Below are positions 30,291 through 39,849 of a stretch of DNA of 51,675 nucleotides, piece by piece (positions within the stretch are counted from its first letter, which is position 1; every line of letters begins with the position of its first letter). The notes under the pieces are model-generated. The model was not told the DNA's origin. It did not search any database and saw only the letters and a program-made list of their open reading frames with translations. Source of the DNA: a virus (taxonomy: Duplodnaviria > Caudoviricetes); the IMG/VR virus record IMGVR_UViG_3300008255_000165, positions 1 through 51,675 of that record. One strand, written 5' to 3'. A program made the position numbers and the translations under genes.

Positions 30291-30803
30291 TTAAAGCCCA
30301 GCGGCGGCAACTGCTGTGTTCGCCTCCGCCTCTAAGTCCTTCAAAGCTACATTAGTGTGGTTGGCATTAGAGTCACCAACAACTACTGTACCGATAACAT
30401 GGCAAAGCTCATGTATGAGAGCAGAACGACTAATCTTACCCCTCCAAGCTACACTTACAGTGTAGCCGACAGTGAGCCCACTGTAAAGTGTGCCCTGCAG
30501 CACTGTCACAGTATTTAGGGCCCCAGTAGAGGGCGAGGGTGCTACAACCCCAGACCAGGTAAGGGTTACGGGCTTTATAGCCGCAGCACACTTACTTTCA
30601 CCGTACCTTTTCCCGCAGGCCGATAAAAATAGCCCAATAGCCCTGTCAACTACAGCAGGAGCAGGAGCGCCGGGGGAGTTTCCGCTCGATATCTTAGAGA
30701 TATAACTGGAGGACGCCGTTGTATAACTTGAGTACACCGGCTGGGGAGGGATGCAGGCGAGAAGGGATGAAGCTAGTAAAGCTAGTAAGGCTCGATATAA
30801 CAT
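30291..30803 (-). CDS. Lipoprotein with HEXXH (putative Zn metalloprotease)
   Basis: Lipobox-like LLA-C; LIHELCH and a later His. Confidence 0.6.
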   Translation of the reverse strand: MLYRALLALLASSLLACIPPQPVYSSYTTASSSYISKISSGNSPGAPAPAVVDRAIGLFLSACGKRYGESKCAAAIKPVTLTWSGVVAPSPSTGALNTVTVLQGTLYSGLTVGYTVSVAWRGKISRSALIHELCHVIGTVVVGDSNANHTNVALKDLEAEANTAVAAAGL

Positions 30804-31132
30804 GTAACAGCTCCCTGCGAAACATCTGGGAAAATGGATACTGTTTTATCTGACCTTGACTTAATGTACACCTTCTCCCGCACAGTAGTTTCTCCAGGGC
30901 ACTCTAGGCCAGCCGGACAGCAAACTAGCGAGACCCAAATAGGTCTGGTATACGGATTAGAGATGGTAACGTTCAGCTTACGAAACTGTGACCTACGGGC
31001 AGATTCCACACCGGTGATAGCAGGCTCTACTACTTTAGTATACCCAGCGGCGGCGCAGCCGTACATCCCAGAAGTACTGAAAACCAACACCAAAGCCAGT
31101 GCACAAAATAGCGATACAAAGTGCTTAATCAT
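30782..31132 (-). CDS. Secreted protein or lipoprotein, Ig-like
   Basis: Signal peptide from MIKHF with MYG-C; GGAG RBS. Confidence 0.55.
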   Translation of the reverse strand: MIKHFVSLFCALALVLVFSTSGMYGCAAAGYTKVVEPAITGVESARRSQFRKLNVTISNPYTRPIWVSLVCCPAGLECPGETTVREKVYIKSRSDKTVSIFPDVSQGAVTCYIEPY

Positions 31133-31147
31133 AAACCACGCTCCTGT

Positions 31148-31179
31148 GCTAAGTGGGGGCCATAAGGCCCCCACTTAGC
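31148..31179 (-). terminator. Strong hairpin after the 56-aa gene
   Basis: 14-bp perfect stem gctaagtgggggcc/ggcccccacttagc. Confidence 0.65.
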
Positions 31180-31188
31180 TAGTCAATA

Positions 31189-31359
31189 CTAACCACCTGC
31201 CGCAACGCCACCACTCTTCATAGAGTTGCCCTTACCGACGGGAGCAGAAACACTCTCACCAGCTGGATTGCCGTGCGGGCTGTTTGTCTTCTTGGGCGCC
31301 GTGATGTTATCCACCGACTTCGCCGCACCATTCTTAACTACATAAAAACTGTGTGCCAT
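31189..31359 (-). CDS. 56-aa basic Gly/Ser-rich microprotein (not in ORF track)
   Basis: AGGAGG RBS; MAHSFYVVKNGAAKSVDNITAPKKTNSPHGNPAGESVSAPVGKGNSMKSGGVAAGG; own downstream hairpin. Confidence 0.75.
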   Translation of the reverse strand: MAHSFYVVKNGAAKSVDNITAPKKTNSPHGNPAGESVSAPVGKGNSMKSGGVAAGG

Positions 31360-31413
31360 AATGTCCTCCTATAGGATTTACATGTTTACCCGGCCAGGGA
31401 ATATCCCTAAACG

Positions 31414-31851
31414 TTAGGGAACTAGTACTTCAGTTGTTACCTCAAGTAAGGCAAGCTTCTCTTGTAGGACTGCTCGAGCCTCAAGTATCCGCCTGTACTC
31501 CTCAAAGTATTTTGATATCTCAACGTCACCAAGTGAAAGAAGACCATCTTTAACCAGAGACGAAAACTGCACGCCCAACTCTAGGTTAGACTCGGCGAGG
31601 CCTTCCATCTCGTCTACTAGCAGCTCGGCCTCTGCTATTGTCATACCACTGGCGCTGGAAAGCAGCTGCAGTTTTGACTGTAGCAAAGCGGTCTTAAGCT
31701 TGCGCACCTGCGAGTACCTGTCCTGTAGAAACGACACCGTAGAAGAGATTTCCTCTTTCGAGGACGATGCCCCACTACTGAGCCACCGCTTAGTGGCTTG
31801 TATCTCACACTCTATACGGGCTAACCGTATCTTCGCAGAAGCTACGTTCAT
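31414..31851 (-). CDS. Hypothetical coiled-coil protein
   Basis: ORF track. Confidence 0.65.
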   Translation of the reverse strand: MNVASAKIRLARIECEIQATKRWLSSGASSSKEEISSTVSFLQDRYSQVRKLKTALLQSKLQLLSSASGMTIAEAELLVDEMEGLAESNLELGVQFSSLVKDGLLSLGDVEISKYFEEYRRILEARAVLQEKLALLEVTTEVLVP

Positions 31852-31857
31852 AAAAAC

Positions 31858-32103
31858 CTACTCTGGCAGCTTTTTGACGTCCTGTGCCTGAAAGCCTCGG
31901 GCAGTCTTTACCAACGTATACTGCACACGCTCGTTCTCTTTTAGAGTCTTAAAGCCCTCTGACCCAGGCTCGATAAACCTAAAATGGACAAAAATGTCCC
32001 CGTCGTGGCCCTCGCCTACGATGAATCCAAAACCTTTTGAATCGTTGAACCACTTAACGCGGCCTTCAAGACCACTACCAAGAACCACTTCTTCTGACGA
32101 CAT
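31858..32103 (-). CDS. Cold-shock domain protein
   Basis: VKWFN, RNP1 KGFGFI, RNP2 IFVHF, GFKTL; AGGAG RBS before MSSEE. Confidence 0.93.
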   Translation of the reverse strand: MSSEEVVLGSGLEGRVKWFNDSKGFGFIVGEGHDGDIFVHFRFIEPGSEGFKTLKENERVQYTLVKTARGFQAQDVKKLPE

Positions 32104-32113
32104 ATGAAGTCTC

Positions 32114-33277
32114 CTAAGGATAATCAGTACATAGCTGTACTTCAAAATCTCTTTCCCAAATAAAAACCACGGTATACCCGGCTTTCCTAAGCCTCTCTAA
32201 ACGACGCATTGTTTGGTTATACAGGGCGCCGAACGTCTTCTTGCTCGTAGGGTTGACACCTTTAGAGTCATACAAATCTGGATTCCCGTGCCAGTAGTTC
32301 CCCAAGAATTCGTAGACAGTGCACGTCTTCGGGTCGAACCCATCAACCCGGATAGGCCACTTTTTGCCGGGGAGCTTTATCGGGTACTCACGAAATTCTT
32401 CTGGAATCCCAAGCGAGTCTAGCCACTCCTGCGACGCCGCCGAGACAGGCCCACCTGAGCAATACGGGCACCCAGCGCCGTTAGCCCTGTGGGCAATTCT
32501 TGTAAGCCACTCGTGGCCCTCTGAGCATAGCCACCAAGCTTTACTATTACAGCCAGGGGTTATACTGCTCGGAGTTATTTTACCGTTTTTTGACGGGTGC
32601 CATTCGGACGCCAAAACGGGATTTACTGTCGCTAGACAGTTGCCTGCACACACGCGCCTGTTAGAACAATAGGGGCAACCGCGGCCTTTAGACCTGTTAC
32701 AAATAGACTCCTGCCAACAGTGCCCATTAGAGCAGGCCCACCAAACCTTTTTATTAGCACCATGAGTTGCGTCCTTCGGTGTCAAATCACCGTTTTTAGT
32801 TGGATGCCACTCGGACGCTAAAGCTGGATTTATCGTCGAAAGACAGTTATCCAGGCACACCTTTCTTCCAGAACAATACGGGCAGCCGCGGCCGCTAGAG
32901 CGGTGGTTTACTGTATCCTCCCACTCGTGACCTTTCTCGCAAAGCCACCAGGCTTTCTTGTTGGACCAGGGAGCAACATCCTTTGTCGACAACTTACCAT
33001 TTTTTGTTGGGTGCCACTGGGAAAGAATGGAGGGGCTAGTTGCCGCCAGACACGATTCCGGCAAGACACGCTGACCAGCACAATAAGGGCATCCATGCCC
33101 TTTGGACCTGCTGGCAACGACGGCCTCCCAGCTATGCCCATTATGGCAAACCCACCAGACCTTCTTATTAGAAAAAGGCTTTACCTCAGAAGGATGTAGA
33201 AGATTTTTTTCCCAGTCCCAAGAAGCAAGTAACCTAGAGTCTTCTGTAATGCTTTCCATCAGTTTAGGAATAAACAA
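32114..33277 (-). CDS. Zn-ribbon-repeat (DUF4379-like x4) endonuclease with Vsr-like C-terminus, copy 1
   Basis: Four WW.C..GH.W...CPYC repeats; VDG...[10 protein letters not shown]...IWE. Confidence 0.85.
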   Translation of the reverse strand: MFIPKLMESITEDSRLLASWDWEKNLLHPSEVKPFSNKKVWWVCHNGHSWEAVVASRSKGHGCPYCAGQRVLPESCLAATSPSILSQWHPTKNGKLSTKDVAPWSNKKAWWLCEKGHEWEDTVNHRSSGRGCPYCSGRKVCLDNCLSTINPALASEWHPTKNGDLTPKDATHGANKKVWWACSNGHCWQESICNRSKGRGCPYCSNRRVCAGNCLATVNPVLASEWHPSKNGKITPSSITPGCNSKAWWLCSEGHEWLTRIAHRANGAGCPYCSGGPVSAASQEWLDSLGIPEEFREYPIKLPGKKWPIRVDGFDPKTCTVYEFLGNYWHGNPDLYDSKGVNPTSKKTFGALYNQTMRRLERLRKAGYTVVFIWERDFEVQLCTDYP

Positions 33278-33302
33278 AAAATCACAAAGTGTAAACTATC
33301 AG

Positions 33303-34142
33303 CTATTTAAGTAGCGAGCTCAGGCCTGACTTTGTCAAAAAATCGCGGACCATATGATAGGGCACCGCAAAATAACCGGCAGGAAACGGTATGGAGCTAC
33401 CGCCGACGCGAACTCCATAGAAAGACACTGCGATACCTACAACCTCTCCTCTGGCGTTAAATACGGGACCGCCTGAGTTACCAAAGTAGATGGGGGCAGT
33501 AATGCGTAGGTCATGGGCCTTGCCGGACTTGTTCAAAATCGAAGCAATAACACCGGTGGATACAGAAACAGATTCGTCTAGACCATTCTGCTTAATATAA
33601 GAATCGTTGTACGGTGCAGGGTAACCGATAACGGTGATTGGGTCACCAGCAGATGCCGTCCTGGCTACGCGCGAGGAGGCACCTAGGTAGACAGGCGTGG
33701 ACGCAATCGCGAGGTCTACGTCGCTAGATACCGCCACGATAGTCAGCCGTACTCCGGCTGCCTTATAGGGAGTGCTTGTAGAGCGGTGCGCTGTAACAAC
33801 ACACTTGTATTTCAAAGTAGGCTTAAGTACGTGCGCCGCGGTTAGAACATAGGAAAGGCCAGACCTAGACGAGCTGAGAATAACTCCGGACGCGTGCCCA
33901 CGCATCTTCTTAACTCCCTTTACGATACGAGGCACACCATCAGCACCGACTACCAACGAGGTATAAGGAACATCGCACGACAGCTTAATTAGCACTGTCT
34001 TGTTGATTGACGAAGCCACTAATGACTTCGCAGTAGAGTCTGGCTGAAGCTCAGCGCGCTGGCCAGCAGATGTGATACAGCCAGCAGCGGACAACGCAAG
34101 CAGCAGCGCGCCAACAGTCACCAACCTTAACGATGTTCCCAT
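33303..34142 (-). CDS. Trypsin-like serine protease, lipoprotein
   Basis: AAG-C lipobox; triad motifs TAAH, DLAI, GNSGG. Confidence 0.9.
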   Translation of the reverse strand: MGTSLRLVTVGALLLALSAAGCITSAGQRAELQPDSTAKSLVASSINKTVLIKLSCDVPYTSLVVGADGVPRIVKGVKKMRGHASGVILSSSRSGLSYVLTAAHVLKPTLKYKCVVTAHRSTSTPYKAAGVRLTIVAVSSDVDLAIASTPVYLGASSRVARTASAGDPITVIGYPAPYNDSYIKQNGLDESVSVSTGVIASILNKSGKAHDLRITAPIYFGNSGGPVFNARGEVVGIAVSFYGVRVGGSSIPFPAGYFAVPYHMVRDFLTKSGLSSLLK

Positions 34143-34154
34143 AGTCCCTCCGTA

Positions 34155-35141
34155 CTAGAGGGAAGCTGCTAAATAGCACCCCTTCGCTACCGCTTCTAGA
34201 GGTGACGCGGAGCGCCTTACCTCTGAGATTGGGATAGGAAACCCTGACTCAACAAACGCAGCCTTTACCTCTTCAACAAAGCCCTCCGGCATCGATGTTC
34301 CTCCGGAAATAGCTACTGGAATAGGGGAAGAAAACGTAGGTAGAGCGGTAAACCCAAGCAGCCGATTAGAAGCCTCCCTGACTACGACACGCACAAAGTG
34401 CTTGTAGTAAATGCTCAGCGCCTCCTGGACCTTTCCAGAAGGGCTGAGGATGTTCAAGTTCTGTTCTTTCTCTGCCTGCACCAGTGTTGGAGTCAGGCCC
34501 AAGCTCAAAGCAACCTTTTCGTCAATCCAGTCTCCGCCTTTGGCCACAGAAAACCTAATATCGCTTTTACCAGACGACATCACAGCGAAGTTACACATAC
34601 CTGCCCCAAAACTAATGGATAGGCCTGTAAGACCATCATCCATAAGCTCTGCGTAGGCGACAGCCTCCGCCTCGTTGATGGGCTCACCAGTATAACCTAG
34701 CCCAGACAAGATGGCGTTCAGGATGTTCTCGTGGTATACTACATCGAATTCCTGGTCGATGGGCTTCTCGGGTACCGAATAAACGCACTTCTCACCCGGG
34801 GTTTGAGGCTCTCCTAGAACTCCACCTATGATATGCTTAATCATCTCTAAAGCCTCAGGCTCACGAGAATTGATTACACCCTGGTGCAGAGGGCGCTGCA
34901 ATACTGCACGCCTCTCTAAGGCTTTCTCTAAGGCTTCCTCACCGATTACGAAGAACTTACTTTCTTTGCGAAAAAAGTTAGCTCCTGATTTTACAAGCCC
35001 CTGCTCGATGAATCGAGCATTCATAGGAGTTTCAGCCTCGATGGTAAAAAACCCATCACGCTGAAGCTTGTAAACTAGCGAGTCGCCTTCCTGCCTACAT
35101 CCAACAATAAAGCAGGTACCGATATCCAATCCAACAGGCAT
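34155..35141 (-). CDS. Actin-family ATPase, volactin-like
   Basis: Phosphate-1 GLDIGT, connect-1 INEAEA, phosphate-2 SFGAG, GGDWID, KE, adenosine SGGTS, AVAKG. Confidence 0.88.
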   Translation of the reverse strand: MPVGLDIGTCFIVGCRQEGDSLVYKLQRDGFFTIEAETPMNARFIEQGLVKSGANFFRKESKFFVIGEEALEKALERRAVLQRPLHQGVINSREPEALEMIKHIIGGVLGEPQTPGEKCVYSVPEKPIDQEFDVVYHENILNAILSGLGYTGEPINEAEAVAYAELMDDGLTGLSISFGAGMCNFAVMSSGKSDIRFSVAKGGDWIDEKVALSLGLTPTLVQAEKEQNLNILSPSGKVQEALSIYYKHFVRVVVREASNRLLGFTALPTFSSPIPVAISGGTSMPEGFVEEVKAAFVESGFPIPISEVRRSASPLEAVAKGCYLAASL

Positions 35142-35153
35142 AACTAAACCTCG

Positions 35154-35555
35154 TTACTTTGAGCCGCGCAAGCGGCGGAGTTTATCGACAAGGGCCTCTG
35201 CGTCAGTCTTCTCTTCGACGCGCTCCCCAAGGTCAGTGAAGCTTTTCTTCATATCACTGGAGTCTGTCATAGGGTTGACAAACACATCATCCTCAGCAGG
35301 AGTCGTAGGCCGATTGCTATTGTTGCTATTCGTGGAGGCAGCCTGGAAAGACTTGCCTTCCACCATGGAGCGTAACGAGTCTAACATGCTAAGCAACATC
35401 TCGTTCTGCTTAACTAGAAACTCGTTTTGCTCCTCTAGATACTTGGTGTGGGCTGCTTGGCTAGGGGGCCGGCCCTTATAATGGTTACGAGACAATATGA
35501 ATACCCCTAGGGAGACAACGGCCCCTGCCGCTGCTAGTAAAATGTACCAAAGCAC
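35154..35555 (-). CDS. N-terminally membrane-anchored coiled-coil protein
   Basis: TM helix at about residues 3-21, then coiled coil, disordered linker and amphipathic C-terminal helix. Confidence 0.75.
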   Translation of the reverse strand: MLWYILLAAAGAVVSLGVFILSRNHYKGRPPSQAAHTKYLEEQNEFLVKQNEMLLSMLDSLRSMVEGKSFQAASTNSNNSNRPTTPAEDDVFVNPMTDSSDMKKSFTDLGERVEEKTDAEALVDKLRRLRGSK

Positions 35556-35556
35556 T

Positions 35557-36303
35557 TTACGTAAGAACTACAGGGCCACCATGGGAAATATACACTGTAT
35601 TCTCTACATGGGCAGATAGACAGCCATCTAGTGAAACAATGTCCCATTCGCCCTGAGCTTTTGTACGCCAGTCCCCATCAAAAATCACAGGCTCTATAGC
35701 CAAGAACATACCAGGCTTAAGGAGAGCGCCAGTGCCTTTTCTACCGTAGTTTGGAATCCATGGAGGCTGGTGCAGCTCTTTTCCAACTGCGTGGCCGACG
35801 AACTCCCTAGACACCGTAAACCCCGCGGGCTCTACTATTAACTGTACAGCAAACGATAAGTCACCAATCCTAGCGCCAGGCTGAGCTGCCAACGTCGCAG
35901 CTGTAAGAGCACTGTAAGCAGTGTCTACTAAGCGCTTAGCCCTAAGGGAGGGTGGTTTCCCTACGAAAAACGACCTACATGCGTCTGTAATAGCGCCATT
36001 GTACTCTACCCCGCAATCGATACTGATAAGGTCCCCAACTGAGATTGTACGACTACTTGGCACACAATGAACAACTTGGTCGTTTATTGAGATACAGATA
36101 GCAGCAGGAAACCCGTCGTGCCCTAAAAATACGGGCCGAGCGCCGCAGGACTCTATGAACTTACGTACAACCCTATCAACATCCACTGTAGCTGCTCCAG
36201 GGGAGCACGCTGCCGTGCGGCCAAGCTCGAGCGCCTGCTTCAAAATAGAGGCGCTGGCGACCATATCACCTAACGGTGGGTATTTCGACATTTGACTTAC
36301 CAT
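35557..36303 (-). CDS. map: Methionine aminopeptidase type I
   Basis: VVHC, IDCG, ITDAC, VGHAVG..LH, AIEP, SAHVENT metal ligands intact. Confidence 0.93.
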   Translation of the reverse strand: MVSQMSKYPPLGDMVASASILKQALELGRTAACSPGAATVDVDRVVRKFIESCGARPVFLGHDGFPAAICISINDQVVHCVPSSRTISVGDLISIDCGVEYNGAITDACRSFFVGKPPSLRAKRLVDTAYSALTAATLAAQPGARIGDLSFAVQLIVEPAGFTVSREFVGHAVGKELHQPPWIPNYGRKGTGALLKPGMFLAIEPVIFDGDWRTKAQGEWDIVSLDGCLSAHVENTVYISHGGPVVLT

Positions 36304-36344
36304 GATATAAGAGTATGCAAAATTTCTGCGATTGTTCTAACTGC

Positions 36345-36791
36345 CTATAGCAACAACAAGTTAGCCCTTCCAAGGTAGGCTTCGAGCTGTGTCGCTAGAT
36401 TCGGGAAATGAGCACTAATCGCACTAGAGAATATATCGCTTGCTAGTACCTTCTTCAGGAGCTTAGCACAGTAGATTGGCGTTTGGCCGTTCGGAGAGTA
36501 CTCGTCACCATTAATGACCTGTACCAAAATATGTACCTGCAGGGCCTTGAAGTCCTCAGACATATTTTCTGCGGCGCCAAAAAAAGCAGCCATCTCGTTA
36601 TCGTACGCGTCCTGCCTCATAGAAAGCAAGGTTCGATACGAGAGTGTGTTCATGTACTCCATTGTACTCTGTTGAGTAGTGGCATCGTGGTTATGCGCCG
36701 TGCTAGGAGTGACTTCTCGAGCCTCCTCCTCATTAGGCCTCTCAGCATAACGTGAAGAGGGTTTGTTACCCCCACAGGACGTGCAAGCCAT
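36345..36791 (-). CDS. Hypothetical protein with N-terminal CxxC
   Basis: MACTSCGG; GGAG RBS. Confidence 0.7.
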   Translation of the reverse strand: MACTSCGGNKPSSRYAERPNEEEAREVTPSTAHNHDATTQQSTMEYMNTLSYRTLLSMRQDAYDNEMAAFFGAAENMSEDFKALQVHILVQVINGDEYSPNGQTPIYCAKLLKKVLASDIFSSAISAHFPNLATQLEAYLGRANLLLL

Positions 36792-36800
36792 CAGTAACTC

Positions 36801-37871
36801 CTAGAGCTGTAGTGCGTTGAGCGACGTGACTACGGCCACCACAAGGGCAACCAAAGGCTCCAACGCAGCAGGTGAAAATAAAGACAGGGGCGTGTGCAGC
36901 ATTCTAACTGGCACACTCAAAAGGCAGCAAGCTGACCCGCCATTTACAAGCCTCAAATCCTCGAGGTCTGTACCTGTAGTCTCCGCAGAATAGGGTGTAC
37001 AGTAATCTAAGCGTAATCTCGACGCAGCTAAGACCACAAACTCATGTAGGGCCTTATGAATGAAAGGGCCTTTGGGAATTACCAACCTAGTGAACGGGTG
37101 TGGAAGAGCTAGCTCATCGTCCTGGTCATCGAACGGGCCTACAGGGTGCACATCCAAAACGATATTTATTGCTGGGTCGACTTTCCGAGCTGCGCAAACA
37201 GCGGCGCTGCCCGTCGCTTCTTCAGCAGCTGTGAGCACCCCAAATACCTTAGCGGGTAAGTGAGTCTTATCCTTGGATAGCTCCTGCATTACCCTGGTCA
37301 AAACGTAGACGGACAGCTTATTGTCCGCTGCGCGAGCAAACATCTTCCCGCCAGGGGCTGGGATAATCTCAGTTTTCCACACCCCGTATGTCTCGATAGG
37401 ACAAAGCGCTTCGGCCTCCTGCAACGAAGAGACACCTAAGTCTACTACACACTCCTGAGTCTCTGGGACTTTAGTAATCTCCTCGTCGTCCAAAGCATGT
37501 ACTGGGGTCCTTAGAACTACTCCGGCAATCTTCTTACCTGTAGGTGTTGTGAGGCTTAGTACTGACCCGGGCAACGAAGCGGGGTCTATGTAACCGACTG
37601 GGGCAATAGTAGCGTACCCATCCTCTGTGTGTCCTGTAACAACTATACCTACCTCATCCTGGTGGGCTGATATCATTACGCGGGAGCCGTAGTTCCCTCC
37701 CTGCACAGAGGCAGACACATTACCCAGCACGTCCTTACCCACGTAGTCTGCTACCTCAGCTAGGGTGTCCATATAGAGATTACCGAGCTCGGCCTCATAG
37801 TACGTAGGAGACTCTGTGGCTAGAATAGCAGTGAGCAATTTTTTGTCGAGCTTATACCGTCTCTTATTCAT
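36801..37871 (-). CDS. M42-family aminopeptidase
   Basis: AHQDEVG, AADNK, AEEATG, VLDV, TGTD, PVRMLHTP. Confidence 0.88.
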   Translation of the reverse strand: MNKRRYKLDKKLLTAILATESPTYYEAELGNLYMDTLAEVADYVGKDVLGNVSASVQGGNYGSRVMISAHQDEVGIVVTGHTEDGYATIAPVGYIDPASLPGSVLSLTTPTGKKIAGVVLRTPVHALDDEEITKVPETQECVVDLGVSSLQEAEALCPIETYGVWKTEIIPAPGGKMFARAADNKLSVYVLTRVMQELSKDKTHLPAKVFGVLTAAEEATGSAAVCAARKVDPAINIVLDVHPVGPFDDQDDELALPHPFTRLVIPKGPFIHKALHEFVVLAASRLRLDYCTPYSAETTGTDLEDLRLVNGGSACCLLSVPVRMLHTPLSLFSPAALEPLVALVVAVVTSLNALQL

Positions 37872-38145
37872 CTGCCCACCAATCCAGCCTTGTACCTGCT
37901 GGGTCTACTAAGATACTGCCGTGCGGTACTGAGTTATCTGTACGAATCGGGACTCCACAAAACTTCCCCCTTGACAACAGCGGTGGAATCATGCTCTTAC
38001 TAGCAGAGTAAGACTTAAGTAGCTTTCTAGTACTACTAGAGCAAAGAATTGCTATAGAGGCTACTGGGTGTTCAGCGACCTCCGATAAAACAACTACCTC
38101 TGGGGATAGATGCCTTACTTTACTGCTTAGCCTCACTATCTTCAT
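37864..38145 (-). CDS. Hypothetical protein
   Basis: ORF track; overlaps neighbours. Confidence 0.55.
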   Translation of the reverse strand: MKIVRLSSKVRHLSPEVVVLSEVAEHPVASIAILCSSSTRKLLKSYSASKSMIPPLLSRGKFCGVPIRTDNSVPHGSILVDPAGTRLDWWADE

Positions 38146-38416
38146 CTAAAATAGCTCTCCCGTGTATAAACCTTGCTGCACACTGAGCGCACTCTAGCGT
38201 AGGGTTTAGAAGGCTTGCTAATGGACTAGCCTCGAATCCATCCGTGCAAACAGCCGCGCCGCTATCAAACTCCAACCAGCAAAGACCATTCTGGCGCATA
38301 TACAGCTCGTGCGGAGTTACACCTACCTCTAGGTCGCAACGTTTAAAGAGCTCCTTTACAACTTCCTCATCCACAGCCACTACGGCCTCCTGCCACCAGA
38401 GGCACCGACCGTGCAC
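38120..38416 (-). CDS. Hypothetical Cys-containing protein (start uncertain)
   Basis: ORF track. Confidence 0.55.
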   Translation of the reverse strand: MHGRCLWWQEAVVAVDEEVVKELFKRCDLEVGVTPHELYMRQNGLCWLEFDSGAAVCTDGFEASPLASLLNPTLECAQCAARFIHGRAILDEDSEAKQ

Positions 38417-39432
38417 TCATACAGAGCTATGACTAGCAAGTTCTCTGGCTTGGGCCCTGCAAAGGGCTGGCTAAACGCTTTCATAATCCTGTAGTGCATT
38501 GGGGACGGCCGGGACATGAGGCAACTGCGGAAGTACCCCAGGACCGACATCCTAATAGCCTCAGGGTGAAACGTAGTAGATTTAACTATACCCATAAGCT
38601 CTGGCCAGCCGGCTCCCTTGGATAGGGCACGGGCCATCTCAAGGCCTGCAGCGGTTTCCTCGGAAGCCACGGACAGCATCTCCTCAATATCCGCACTACT
38701 GATGTTCCCAGCGCTATCCCCAGACAAAGTCTGGAAAACCTGCTGCAAGCTCACCAGGGCTGCGCGAGCACTGCCGCCGGCGGCCTTCACTACCAGCTCT
38801 AACGCTTTATCTACCATACCACCAGTTGGGTTACCCTCTAGGCCCCAAACCTCGTGAACGAGCTCAGAAATCTCGCTGTCAGACAGCTTAGGGAACTTGT
38901 AAGTCTGGCACCGATTTCTAACAGTAGGAATAATCTTCTGCGGGTCCGTGCTGCATAGTATAGTGTAAACACCTTTAGGAGACTCTTCCAGCAGCTTTAA
39001 GAGCATCTGCTGTGCGTCTCTCGTCAAACTATGAGCCTCGTCCAAGATGTACACCTTGTTGTCGCAGCTCCAAGACCCAAGCGCCGCACTTTCCTTTAGA
39101 GCTCGAATATCATCAATGCCCCTAGTGTCCGCAGCGTTAAGCTCTACTACCCCAGGCTCCTTGCCATCCATAATACGCCTACAGGTGTCGCACCTAGCAC
39201 AAGGGTTTCCAGACTTACCTTTCTCTGTGCAGTTCAGCGCCATAGCTACAATACGCGCAGCTGTGGTTTTTCCGCACCCAGAATCCCCAGAAAAAAGAAA
39301 CGCCTGGGCTGGAGAGGCCATAGTAGCTATCTTGCGCAGGCTACTTACCGCCGCTTTTTGACCAACAACCTCATCGAACGTCTGGGGACGATATTTGTGG
39401 TAAAAATCCCCTGCACCTCTAGGTAAAACCAT
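38380..39432 (-). CDS. dnaX: DNA polymerase III gamma/tau-like clamp-loader ATPase
   Basis: KYRPQTF, GDSGCGKTT, C4 Zn site, ILDEAH, LLKLLEE, NRC arginine finger. Confidence 0.9.
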   Translation of the reverse strand: MVLPRGAGDFYHKYRPQTFDEVVGQKAAVSSLRKIATMASPAQAFLFSGDSGCGKTTAARIVAMALNCTEKGKSGNPCARCDTCRRIMDGKEPGVVELNAADTRGIDDIRALKESAALGSWSCDNKVYILDEAHSLTRDAQQMLLKLLEESPKGVYTILCSTDPQKIIPTVRNRCQTYKFPKLSDSEISELVHEVWGLEGNPTGGMVDKALELVVKAAGGSARAALVSLQQVFQTLSGDSAGNISSADIEEMLSVASEETAAGLEMARALSKGAGWPELMGIVKSTTFHPEAIRMSVLGYFRSCLMSRPSPMHYRIMKAFSQPFAGPKPENLLVIALYECTVGASGGRRP

Positions 39433-39442
39433 CTAAAACTCC

Positions 39443-39646
39443 TTACTTCGTAATCCAGGAAGACACGTCTATCATACCGTTTTCTGACAATAATCCCTTA
39501 CTCTCAGCCCAGTGCACGAACGACTTGAGCACCAGGGCTAAGTCGTCTTCACGCAGTAAAGCAAAAACCCCGGAGCCAGCCGCGTTTTTGGCAGTCATGA
39601 AAAGCATAGACACTCCGGACACCACAGATTTGGGCACCTTTACCAT
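39443..39646 (-). CDS. Hypothetical protein, 67 aa
   Basis: GAGG RBS. Confidence 0.6.
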   Translation of the reverse strand: MVKVPKSVVSGVSMLFMTAKNAAGSGVFALLREDDLALVLKSFVHWAESKGLLSENGMIDVSSWITK

Positions 39647-39656
39647 AATACAAACC

Positions 39657-39848
39657 TCACTTACCAGTACCGACCGTGCTAGAAACTAAAGCGGCTACGA
39701 AAGCTAGGCCCCCTATAACCGCCGCCTTGCGCACTAGGGGAGTATCAACAATCCCAAGACTCACTGCGTAGGCTGCTACCAGAAGCACAGTCAACGCCAA
39801 CAGGTAGAGCAATACCGCTAGTGTCCTAAAACTCCTAAAAAATCGCAT
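39657..39848 (-). CDS. Two-TM small membrane protein, holin candidate
   Basis: Two hydrophobic helices with a basic N-terminus; directly after the endolysin. Confidence 0.5.
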   Translation of the reverse strand: MRFFRSFRTLAVLLYLLALTVLLVAAYAVSLGIVDTPLVRKAAVIGGLAFVAALVSSTVGTGK

Positions 39849-39849
39849 A

